Assembly: GCA_000165345.1 (NCBI GenBank)
Contig: CM000433.1
Coordinates: forward strand, 192,001 to 256,000
Direction of reading: 5' to 3'
DNA length: 64,000 nt
Made by a program: the position numbers and the translations under genes. This document shows, in pieces, positions 42,969 to 52,397 of the stretch (positions are counted from its first letter, which is position 1; each line of letters opens with the position of its first letter). The notes beneath the pieces were generated by a model. That model did no database searches and was not told where the DNA came from. It saw nothing but the letters and a program-made list of their open reading frames with translations.

Positions 42969-42981
42969 TTTTACGCGCGAA
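42969..42981. promoter_or_regulatory. E2F-like box TTTTACGCGCGAA centred in a 100-bp bidirectional interval
   Basis: It lies between the ATG at 42917 (minus-strand gene) and the ATG at 43018 (TFIIIC-like, plus). Confidence 0.4.
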
Positions 42982-43017
42982 CATATTTGCTATCCTGTCA
43001 ATAATTATTGTAAACTG

Positions 43018-46000
43018 ATGGATGTAATTTTTTCAAGAATTACACTTGAAGAGCTATCATTTCTCGGTTGGAGTGGAAGCTCTATCGATGAGTTATTTAT
43101 TAAAGTTATTTCGAGAATATTAAATGGACCATATAGAAATTTTGCATCTTTGTTTAGAAATCCTTCTTATAAAGGAAAAATAATAGAAATAATTGCTTCC
43201 CACAAACACACTTTTGTAAAGGATAAATTAAATGGAATTGTGCATTCTTTCAAGAATTGTACAGATTATTATTCTTCAGAAAATCTACTATTTGAAGCAA
43301 ATGATTGTATAAAGAATCATATATTAGACTTGAATATTTTCTCAAATATATCTGAAGTTGAAGGAAGGCTTTCTGTATACATGACAATTGCAAGTAAAGG
43401 ATTTAATGGGTGTTGGCAATATGAAATTTCAAGATTACTTAAGATGGATCCCAAAATGGTGTTTCAACACCTCAAGTATTTATATAAGTACGACAATATT
43501 GTTAGGTTCTCTATTCCAATGCCGACAAATCATAAAAAAAGATTATTTCCCAATGAAGACTCAAACTCATCTTCAGGAGGTCATCTTTCTGCAGTTATTT
43601 GGTTGACTCGGTTCTTTGACATTAATCTTATTCCTAGAGAAATTTCCCAGTTAATTTGGTATCAACACATTCAACCCCTGAGTACTGAGATTGTAAGAAT
43701 TTTAGAATATAAAGCGCCTGGGAAAATAGCATGGGAAAAAGATATTAGAGCTCTTTGCGCAGGATTTATGATCGTTCATGACGAGAATTCAGCAGATCAC
43801 CTCATCTGCTCACAGAGAACTGCCAATAAGGTCTTTAACAAATTGAGAGATTTTTTATTAACGAAAAATGTTAGAAGAGTATTCGCATGGCATCCACTAA
43901 CTAAATCATACTCTCCTTGTCTGTGCTTAAAGGATGCCTTTCCATCTACAACCATTGACTTATCGTCTGAAATTACTGTTAAGGCAGAGACTCATGTTTC
44001 TGAATTAAATATTACCAATAATGAAGACTCTAATTGTCAAAGAAATAACCCGAATAATGAAGATAAAGCTAATGCAAATAGTGGTTTTTTCCATGACTTA
44101 TATCAAGAAGAAATTCAAGTTTCCACTGGAAATAAAATATTTGAAATTACTGAAGCAGCGCAAGTCTTATGGTTAATAAGAGCCAGCGGAAGAGTTGGTT
44201 TAGTCTCTCTAGATATAGTAAAAGTATTCGGTATAAGCATGAAAAGGCTCGGAAAACTGTTATCAGACTTGTGCAAAATAAAGATAATTAATAAGATTCC
44301 GCAAAGGTATAATCGGACATTCATGTATAGATATTATTTTAATAATATTATCTTCTCTCTGAAGGCAGTCACAAATAATAAAACTGACAAATTTACGATA
44401 GATCTGGATAATTATGATAAAAATAAAGTAGACGTAAAATCTGAAATAAAAAATATTGCAATAATGTTTAGTGAAGCTTTTCCAGATAAAAAAATGGAAT
44501 TATCCGGCGTTACTGAACAATTTGTCAAAAGACTAGTCTTAATGAAAAAATGGATAGACGAGTCAAAAATTCTTACGATCCCTGAAATTGCGAAGCTTTT
44601 TTCAGAAGCTGAAAATACTCAAAACGGACCTGACAGAAAAACTATTAAAAGAATATTATCTAAAATTTTGGAATTAGATGAGTACTCGAAGGAATCAAGC
44701 ATTATTCCATGCAAAAATAATAATACATTATCTTCTTCCGGAGAAGTCACGATTTTTTTTTCTTTGAAATTTTACAGTGAAGACGAAGCGAGGGATTTAA
44801 AAGCTACTGAATTAAAAAACAAAAGATCATCTACAACTAAATCTGCAATTGAAAGAAGGAAAAAGGAACTTTCACAGGTTGCTGCAATAATTGATGCATC
44901 CAATTCGTTATCTCCAAACAAACAAAAAGAAGTTTCGGTTATTAATCAATCAAATCATTCTTCTAACGCTATTTTGTCTCAAACTGGTACAAAAGTAATA
45001 TGCGACGATCCGAATCAAGCAAATATACCGAGATTAGTAACAAATAAAATAGGAGATGCTACAGTTATGTTAAATACTCCAGATTTTATGGTTGCATCGT
45101 TAAACATAGAAATTAATGGAGATGATAATTCCGTGAATGATATATTAAGTTCTAAAATAAACAATTCTGATTCAAAACTCCATATTCCTGGGATAGAGTT
45201 TAATAAAAAAATAAGTTTTGATCCTTCAAAAAGAATTAGCCTTGGATTTTCAAATTTATCTAAGGGAGGAATAAAAATTCAGTCAAGCCAAGGAAAAATA
45301 GGATTTTTATCTTTTAGCCAAAAAATTCTTGCGCACTATGGATTTGTATTTCCCATTATGATACGTTTAAAGATTTTACATCATCACTTGCTTTTTTTAT
45401 GCAAAGAAGGTGGATTTAAATGTGATTTGCTGTCTTCTAAAGAAATTTTAGACAATATGACAATAGATACATTTCTTAGAGTAATAGGATTTGGACATAG
45501 ATCAAGATTTATTGAAGAATACCTGCTATATGGCACTAGTGAGACTTTCAAATTTGGTCAAAATACACGTATAAAAGAACTTCCATCCAATCTTTATGAA
45601 ACACTTACAAGGAATTATCCAAAAAAGTTTTTTTTTGGATATGGGAAAAAGAAACACATGAAGAATTATGAGAAAGGTAGGAAAGCAATATCTGTCCTAT
45701 ACAAACTTTTATTTCTACTTTGCAAACTTAATTTCATTAATTTTTCGATAGATGATTCTAAAGAAATTGATAAATCTAATTTTAAAATTTCAAATATTAA
45801 TCAAATGAATATAGAGAGCGTTCCAATATCATCGCCAATATGGAAATTGGAATATAACTTGAAGATTCCTATTCTTATTGATGCTGAGAAGAATGAAATA
45901 GAGAGGCTAACTGAATACATTAAGCATACAAATGTTTCATATAGTTTAAAAAATAGTGAGCAATTTGAACAATTTTGGGCAATTTTAAACAAAGAGTCTA

Positions 46001-48969
46001 TTGATACACATAACTATATTATAGAGTTTAAACCATATAACTATATTACAGTTTTCCCAGACATATTGTTGAAAAGAAATTGGAAAATTAATCCATTATT
46101 ATCAATAAATATAAGAAACCAGCTGGAAAAGTACGCTAGACAATTATTATTTGACAATGCAAATTCATCAAATACATTCGATGAACCAAAAGATAAAACT
46201 CATATTGTGTTATCATTAGCCTCACCAGAAATAAAAAATATTTCCAATGAGCTGGCAATAAGCCCTTTAACAACATTGAAATACTTAATACGTGTTGTTG
46301 ATTCGTTGTCATTAGAAGAATTCAATTTTTCAAATAATCCAGACTCTGCTAAAAGAATTAGTTTCCATCCAATTCGTGATCCCCGTTATCAATGCCATAT
46401 ATGCCATGCTTTATATTCAACACATCCAGCAATGATTTCTCATTATAAGACAATTCACAATATTTACTCGATTACAAACTCTTCAATGTATACTATAAAA
46501 AAAGACAGTTCATTGATTTCCAAAAATAAAAATATTAACTTTAATTCTACAATTAGAACTCAAATACTTAGTGAAAATTATATTCCAAATACACTAAAAC
46601 ATTTGTTGGAGACAAAAGAAACTGATAATACTTGCAATGAGATTGAAAGAACAGATAAGATTGAATTACTCAGAGCATTCTTGAGATTAAGTAAGGAAGA
46701 TATAATTTTGCTATACATTATACTATTTATCAATAATAAAGTAAATATGAAGAATAAAAAATTACTCTCTAACAATTACTTATTTAGAATACTTTCATTT
46801 TGCAAAGAAAAAAAAATTGAAAGTAATTTATTTAGCCTTCAGTTTTTGCGAATTAAGTCATTGATACAAAAAATAAGTGGAATATCAGGAAGCAACTCAA
46901 TTTGTATTATTGAATTTATTTTTTCTTGTTTAAAGACAATTTACCCTTTGAACTCAAAATTGCTGGAAGCAATAAAATTAAAAGAAAAACAAAGGATTTG
47001 TTGGAGTCATTTACTAGAAGTTAATTCATTTTCTAATAGGTGGAAAGTATTTACTACCAAAGAATCAAACTCATCTATAATAGCTTCGAACATCATACCT
47101 CTATTAGATTATTCAGTAAATAATGAATATTATCATAATTTCTCTGGTTCTGGTGGTAAGGATTCAAATATTTCATTTTCAAAAATAGATTATTTACTTG
47201 TTATTAATCTTATTAAATCAGAGTTGCTTACACAAAAAAAAATAATGCAAAAGCCAATTTTTAGGTTTGCTAATCATAATATATTAGCCGAAGAACAAAT
47301 TAAACACTACTTTGAGGACTCTATTAACAAAAATATTTTGAAACAGATTCATCGTAATTCAGATTTACCAAAATTTGAAGAATCCCTCCATAATTATTTA
47401 AATAGATTTGCACCAACTAGGAGAATGTTGCTAAACTGCTTTGGCAAGACAATTGTTTGGCGTGAAATTTTTAATCTTTGCTTTGCTTTCCTACAGATTA
47501 ATTATTCAAAAGGTACAAAATTTAATGTTAACGCTCAAAATACCAATGGAGCATTTGTGTTAAATCATTTAAATAACTTGATAGAGAATAATTGTACTTT
47601 AGAAATAGAATGGAACGATCACGATTTTTATGAAAAGGTATCAAATAAAAACGATGAAGAATTATTCAGATTATTAAATGAGGTGGTTGATCAACAAAAT
47701 TCATTTGAAGATTTCTCTGAGGAATTGAATCTGAATACTGAAAAGTCGATGTTAGATTCTCAATTTTTAAAAAATAAAATGAATCTGAATGTTACAAAAG
47801 AGAATGAAGCAATTTCGAACAAGACAGATAATCTCGGAAATTCAGAATATTTTGAAGATAGCAATAACAAAAACCCAACAATATCCAACATTACAGCAAT
47901 TTATTTAAATAAGCATATTAGCAACAAGTATCTCCCCAATTTCATGGAAGTAGAATACTCATTAATAAATATTCCATTTCTAGGTGCAATGGATTCTGAT
48001 CCCTTGGAATTTAGCAAATTGCCTTCTAATTTTTCAATTTCTGAGATTCTATTGAGTTTTTCTGAAACAAAACTAAAAAATTCAAGTAGAGAGACTATTG
48101 ACCCAATTTTTAAAATTATTAAAGCTGTTTCAAGATTCATAGTTGACTCCAGCTCAAATGAGCATAATCTAATAATGAAATCAATTTCAATTATTATATA
48201 TACATTGAAGAACAGTCCCTGGTTAACAATGAACGAAATTGAAGAGATATTTTTTTTAAAATTTTCTGATTTAATTTCTGAATTATTAATAATAGGATCA
48301 AAATTTATCGATTCGGGAATTCTTTTCTATGAATTTAGGTTACCTATTATTTATCATATTATTTATTTATTGGAAATACTTAGAATATGTATAAGAATAC
48401 CGACAGAAGGAAATTGGTTATTTTCATTATTTTGCTCTATAAATAATAAGTTAGTTGAATTTAACATTGATAATCTTAATAATAATAATAATGATAATAA
48501 TAAATTAACGAAAAATAATGGAAATATCTTAATACCAAATAATGTTCCAACAAGAATATGGCTACTTTGGTCGAATGAAGTCGTTTTACAATTATTTAAC
48601 GAAAAAGAGTTAAATTTGATCGTTAACAATATTAACAAATCTCTATTTGAAGTTTTTGAATTAAATTTTATTGTACCTCCAGAAATTTACTTGAATAGAC
48701 CACAAATCAATTGTTTCGTTTCTGTTGATGGACAAATAAATTTGCCAATTTGCGGATTATTGATTTATTTCATCTCTTCATTAATTCACAGATCGCCAAT
48801 ATTTAATTTGTCAGAATTCACCTCGCGTTTCTCTTTCTTTAGCTCCTGCGAGATTGAATTAATTCTGGAATCTATGTTTGCTGAGAATTGTCTTTACAAA
48901 GATAACACACAAATAATTTTTTCAAAGCCTATACAAGATATTTTTAAAGTTTATGAAGGATATCTATAA
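43018..48969 (+). CDS. TFIIIC B-block-binding subunit-like protein (Tfc3/GTF3C1 homolog), 1983 aa, with one C2H2 zinc finger
   Basis: The size and the C-terminal segment RPQINCFVSVDGQINLPICGLLIYFISSLIHRSPIFNLSEF parallel the GTF3C1 C-terminus (...[33 protein letters not shown]). An N-terminal winged-helix-like region is present. C2H2 finger: YQCHICHALYSTHPAMISHYKTIH. The assignment is from remembered sequence, not a search. Confidence 0.5.
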   Translation: MDVIFSRITLEELSFLGWSGSSIDELFIKVISRILNGPYRNFASLFRNPSYKGKIIEIIASHKHTFVKDKLNGIVHSFKNCTDYYSSENLLFEANDCIKNHILDLNIFSNISEVEGRLSVYMTIASKGFNGCWQYEISRLLKMDPKMVFQHLKYLYKYDNIVRFSIPMPTNHKKRLFPNEDSNSSSGGHLSAVIWLTRFFDINLIPREISQLIWYQHIQPLSTEIVRILEYKAPGKIAWEKDIRALCAGFMIVHDENSADHLICSQRTANKVFNKLRDFLLTKNVRRVFAWHPLTKSYSPCLCLKDAFPSTTIDLSSEITVKAETHVSELNITNNEDSNCQRNNPNNEDKANANSGFFHDLYQEEIQVSTGNKIFEITEAAQVLWLIRASGRVGLVSLDIVKVFGISMKRLGKLLSDLCKIKIINKIPQRYNRTFMYRYYFNNIIFSLKAVTNNKTDKFTIDLDNYDKNKVDVKSEIKNIAIMFSEAFPDKKMELSGVTEQFVKRLVLMKKWIDESKILTIPEIAKLFSEAENTQNGPDRKTIKRILSKILELDEYSKESSIIPCKNNNTLSSSGEVTIFFSLKFYSEDEARDLKATELKNKRSSTTKSAIERRKKELSQVAAIIDASNSLSPNKQKEVSVINQSNHSSNAILSQTGTKVICDDPNQANIPRLVTNKIGDATVMLNTPDFMVASLNIEINGDDNSVNDILSSKINNSDSKLHIPGIEFNKKISFDPSKRISLGFSNLSKGGIKIQSSQGKIGFLSFSQKILAHYGFVFPIMIRLKILHHHLLFLCKEGGFKCDLLSSKEILDNMTIDTFLRVIGFGHRSRFIEEYLLYGTSETFKFGQNTRIKELPSNLYETLTRNYPKKFFFGYGKKKHMKNYEKGRKAISVLYKLLFLLCKLNFINFSIDDSKEIDKSNFKISNINQMNIESVPISSPIWKLEYNLKIPILIDAEKNEIERLTEYIKHTNVSYSLKNSEQFEQFWAILNKESIDTHNYIIEFKPYNYITVFPDILLKRNWKINPLLSINIRNQLEKYARQLLFDNANSSNTFDEPKDKTHIVLSLASPEIKNISNELAISPLTTLKYLIRVVDSLSLEEFNFSNNPDSAKRISFHPIRDPRYQCHICHALYSTHPAMISHYKTIHNIYSITNSSMYTIKKDSSLISKNKNINFNSTIRTQILSENYIPNTLKHLLETKETDNTCNEIERTDKIELLRAFLRLSKEDIILLYIILFINNKVNMKNKKLLSNNYLFRILSFCKEKKIESNLFSLQFLRIKSLIQKISGISGSNSICIIEFIFSCLKTIYPLNSKLLEAIKLKEKQRICWSHLLEVNSFSNRWKVFTTKESNSSIIASNIIPLLDYSVNNEYYHNFSGSGGKDSNISFSKIDYLLVINLIKSELLTQKKIMQKPIFRFANHNILAEEQIKHYFEDSINKNILKQIHRNSDLPKFEESLHNYLNRFAPTRRMLLNCFGKTIVWREIFNLCFAFLQINYSKGTKFNVNAQNTNGAFVLNHLNNLIENNCTLEIEWNDHDFYEKVSNKNDEELFRLLNEVVDQQNSFEDFSEELNLNTEKSMLDSQFLKNKMNLNVTKENEAISNKTDNLGNSEYFEDSNNKNPTISNITAIYLNKHISNKYLPNFMEVEYSLINIPFLGAMDSDPLEFSKLPSNFSISEILLSFSETKLKNSSRETIDPIFKIIKAVSRFIVDSSSNEHNLIMKSISIIIYTLKNSPWLTMNEIEEIFFLKFSDLISELLIIGSKFIDSGILFYEFRLPIIYHIIYLLEILRICIRIPTEGNWLFSLFCSINNKLVEFNIDNLNNNNNDNNKLTKNNGNILIPNNVPTRIWLLWSNEVVLQLFNEKELNLIVNNINKSLFEVFELNFIVPPEIYLNRPQINCFVSVDGQINLPICGLLIYFISSLIHRSPIFNLSEFTSRFSFFSSCEIELILESMFAENCLYKDNTQIIFSKPIQDIFKVYEGYL

Positions 48970-49047
48970 TTAAATTATTATTTTGCATGTCTAAAAATGC
49001 TAAAAAATTTAGTACTTCCCTTTTGGATTCCCCTATTGAGCTACAAT

Positions 49048-51159
49048 TTAATTATCCCCATTTTTTAATATTGTAGTTGTATTAATTGGGTTTGATGTTT
49101 TTATTTGTATTATTTTCTCGTTCTCAGGTAGCAGAGTTGTATTTTGTGCAGCACAATTCAATTGCGGAACAAACTTTAATTCATTTGAAAATAAAGAATT
49201 TTGAGAATTGTTTTTACTCAAATTAGCATTAGCATTATTTGATTGACATACACCTGGAGAAATTCCAAACGGAACTGCCATTTCTGAGTGAATTTGAGAA
49301 TTTAAAGGGAAAAGGGTTAAATTTGAATCGTTTTTTTGCTTATTAATAATTCCAGAGTTATTTAATAAACTTTGTGTTTCGTATGACCCCATATGATTTA
49401 ATGGGATATAATATGGATACATAGATGAGTTAGTATTGAGTATTAAATATGGACTTGATGTTCCAGTTGGGTGCAAAATTGTAGGAAGCTGAACTTGAGA
49501 AAAGTTTCCAAGAGCAATTGATTGATTAATTCCACAAATGTTTTGTATTGAACTCCCTATTAATGAGCTATTTCTCAAAGATTCAAATAAATCTTGTTGT
49601 ATATTTTGACTTTTAGCGCTATTTTTTTCACCAGTAATAATTTGAGACTCCATGTCGACATTAACTATACTGTTTTTATGGGTGCCTCCATTATCTTCAA
49701 AATTGTTAATTGTTGCTTTAACCATTCTTGCATGCGCCATAGTAGGAGTGTCACTGCAATCAATAGATATAGGAGTTGTTCCAGCGCTTGAGCAATTACT
49801 CAAGTTATCTGACATTTGAATAGATGTTGTATTTTGGGAGGATGAAAGCATATTAAAGGCTTTTAACCTTTCTATGGTAAGGCTTGTATCAAGCTTCTTA
49901 GTATTGTCTAGATAGTTTATGAAGTCATGAAGATATGATTGTTGCTGCGCTAAAGAACTAATTACTGGGTTGAAAGTGACCGGAGAATTTTGCTGTATCA
50001 TGAATTGTGAAATCGGTACCTGCGAATTTATTTTTGAAGCGAACTGTAATTGAATTTTGCTCAAATCTAACTGTGATGATAGTGACTCAGATGAGCTACA
50101 TGATTGAAGCTGCTCAAGATGACATCTTTCATCCTTATCAAAAACAGAAGTTTTATTTAATGGTGTTGATTCTTCTGAATTATCGTTTCTATTATTGTAC
50201 TTCAGAATAGGAGCTGACAAAAAAAAGTTATGTGTTCCGTTTGTTCGTGCATATTCTAGAAATCTTTGCATGACAGTGATTAAAGTTTTTTCGGCCATCT
50301 CAGCTGTAACGTCATTTAATTCATGATCTTTTGATACTTGTAGTTTCCAAACAAGCCTAACTGATTGTAAATGATCACAGAAAACTACGTAATCTTGAAG
50401 TGCAAACTGATGGCGATAAGAATAATGCCAGTTCCTATTTAAAAAACTTGTTTGATTGCTATGCTTGGCACAATAAGTCTGTTGAGGGCATAAAGTTGCA
50501 GCAAAATAATTACAATCATCTACAACATCACCATATGCTTCGTAAACACACCTTGGAACCATTAAATTACCACCTTTTGGTGGTAGGTACAATATTTTCC
50601 ATTGCCCAACAATTTTTTCTCTTTTGTCAGCTTTTGGGATACAGTCACAAGAAGGACAAAGAGTCCACCTTTTCTTTCTACCTGTAAAGCCAACGGTAAT
50701 AACTGTTCGATCCATTGTGTCGTTAGATAATCTAGTGCTACGCTTACTAAAGTCGAAAATATAACCATCGACTTCATCTTGATGTGTAACAGCATACCTT
50801 CTTAATCCAATAGTTCCGGGCTCATAATGAGAAATGATAACATTTCTTTCAGTCTCATTAGAAACTTTTTCGAACAATTCTTTTTCAAAACTTATATTCA
50901 TAGAGTCAGCAAAACTACAGAATGAAGGTACATGACGTGGTTTCTGTCTATGAACTGGAGTTTTCGATGCATAAGGTTTACGTATAATCGTAGTTCCATT
51001 ATTTGTATTCATTCTGAGATTATTTTGCATTCCTGGATTTGAAACTGTTTCATGCATAAGCTGATTACGTTTAAAAGATAATTCCTTTATTTCATTAATT
51101 GACTCACTTGTATCCGTCTCTTTAATTTCAATTATTGGCGTTTTTTTAATTTCAAACAT
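49048..51159 (-). CDS. Member A of a divergently arranged paralog pair carrying an unassigned conserved Cys-containing domain of about 250 aa, with a Q/N/S-rich low-complexity tail
   Basis: 703 aa. The conserved block PRHVPSF...YEPGTIGLRRY...VITVGFTGRKKRWTLCPSCDC...VYEAYGDVVDDCNYFAATLCPQQTY is shared with the 52398..54713 gene. Confidence 0.5.
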   Translation of the reverse strand: MFEIKKTPIIEIKETDTSESINEIKELSFKRNQLMHETVSNPGMQNNLRMNTNNGTTIIRKPYASKTPVHRQKPRHVPSFCSFADSMNISFEKELFEKVSNETERNVIISHYEPGTIGLRRYAVTHQDEVDGYIFDFSKRSTRLSNDTMDRTVITVGFTGRKKRWTLCPSCDCIPKADKREKIVGQWKILYLPPKGGNLMVPRCVYEAYGDVVDDCNYFAATLCPQQTYCAKHSNQTSFLNRNWHYSYRHQFALQDYVVFCDHLQSVRLVWKLQVSKDHELNDVTAEMAEKTLITVMQRFLEYARTNGTHNFFLSAPILKYNNRNDNSEESTPLNKTSVFDKDERCHLEQLQSCSSSESLSSQLDLSKIQLQFASKINSQVPISQFMIQQNSPVTFNPVISSLAQQQSYLHDFINYLDNTKKLDTSLTIERLKAFNMLSSSQNTTSIQMSDNLSNCSSAGTTPISIDCSDTPTMAHARMVKATINNFEDNGGTHKNSIVNVDMESQIITGEKNSAKSQNIQQDLFESLRNSSLIGSSIQNICGINQSIALGNFSQVQLPTILHPTGTSSPYLILNTNSSMYPYYIPLNHMGSYETQSLLNNSGIINKQKNDSNLTLFPLNSQIHSEMAVPFGISPGVCQSNNANANLSKNNSQNSLFSNELKFVPQLNCAAQNTTLLPENEKIIQIKTSNPINTTTILKNGDN

Positions 51160-51634
51160 TTTTACAACTTATTAAACGGCTTTATTTTAAATAATTTCAC
51201 TGAGAACTATCTTAATAAATACCTGAAGTTGTTAAAAAGTAGTTGTAATAATAATTTTGTCCCAGTGATTCAGATATTGATGATTCTTTTAAATAACTTA
51301 ATAAATTTTTTTTCATCTAATATAGCATTGAATTTGTAAGATACAAAGTTTTAATAAATGTTATGAGTGTCCACGTTTATCGTATGAAAGTATTCCAAAG
51401 ATATTTATTTAAATATAAATATTGTATATGCGCATATTTTTTTTAATGGAATATATATATTTTGTAATATTGTTTTAATCTATTTTCATAGACCACAATG
51501 TACCTCTAATACAACTATTGGATATAGACACTCAAATCCTATTGATTAATATATTATTATCATAAGTCCTTGCACCCAAAAGTTATTGATATAATAAGTT
51601 TTGTATTTTTGTCATCACAAGATAATAATGTGTG

Positions 51635-51644
51635 ATGCATGCAT
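51635..51644. promoter_or_regulatory. ATGCATGCAT palindrome (TGCATGCA core) in the 1.24-kb interval between the divergent paralogs
   Basis: gtgtgATGCATGCATgattttTGCATttagtg. Further GC boxes CCGCCCCC and TAGGCGCCAAC lie at 51948-51970. Confidence 0.35.
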
Positions 51645-52397
51645 GATTTTTGCATTTAGTGTCTACTTAGTGTGCATTTATTTGAGCGCTAATTTTTATA
51701 GGTATTAATTGTGGATTATAAAATGAGAATATAAAGCAATTATATACAATTTTTAATCTTTCACAAAACTATTACAAAGAAGCAAACACATAAATAGCTT
51801 ATGTAGTTATTAATATATTTACGGGTTTAGTCTAATAAAATTTTCATTAATTGAATTTTTAAAATAAACGACATTCCATAAAATTGCATGTAAATTTTTT
51901 TAGTAATTTACCGGTAATTAGCATATATTCATGCTTGCATGAATATACCGCCCCCACGTTAGGCGCCAACTTGCATCAATAACATACGTGTGCTAGAAAG
52001 ATATTAAAGGCAAGATTCCGCTAAAAATAGAGATATCATTATCTGCCGACATTTGTGTGAACAACTGCACGCATGTCAGGTGGCTGCTTATCCCACAAAA
52101 TAAATAATAATTAAGTATCGTATAGAGTACCATCTATAACTTTAGCTAGTGGCGAAAGTGGAAAATCTAATAATTTAAAATATTTATTAAAATAATAAAG
52201 ATATCGTCTAAAATAAAGTAAAATATAGAATTAAATACAAAAACAATAAATAAAAATTAAAACCCATTTTTTTAAAATTATAATGCAACAAGAAATTAAC
52301 CAATAAAGAAAGAGAATTAAATTACAAAAGCGTTTTTACGAAATTAGGCGATAATTGGATTATAATTTCGACATTTTCGCATTTTGCGTCTATCAAC

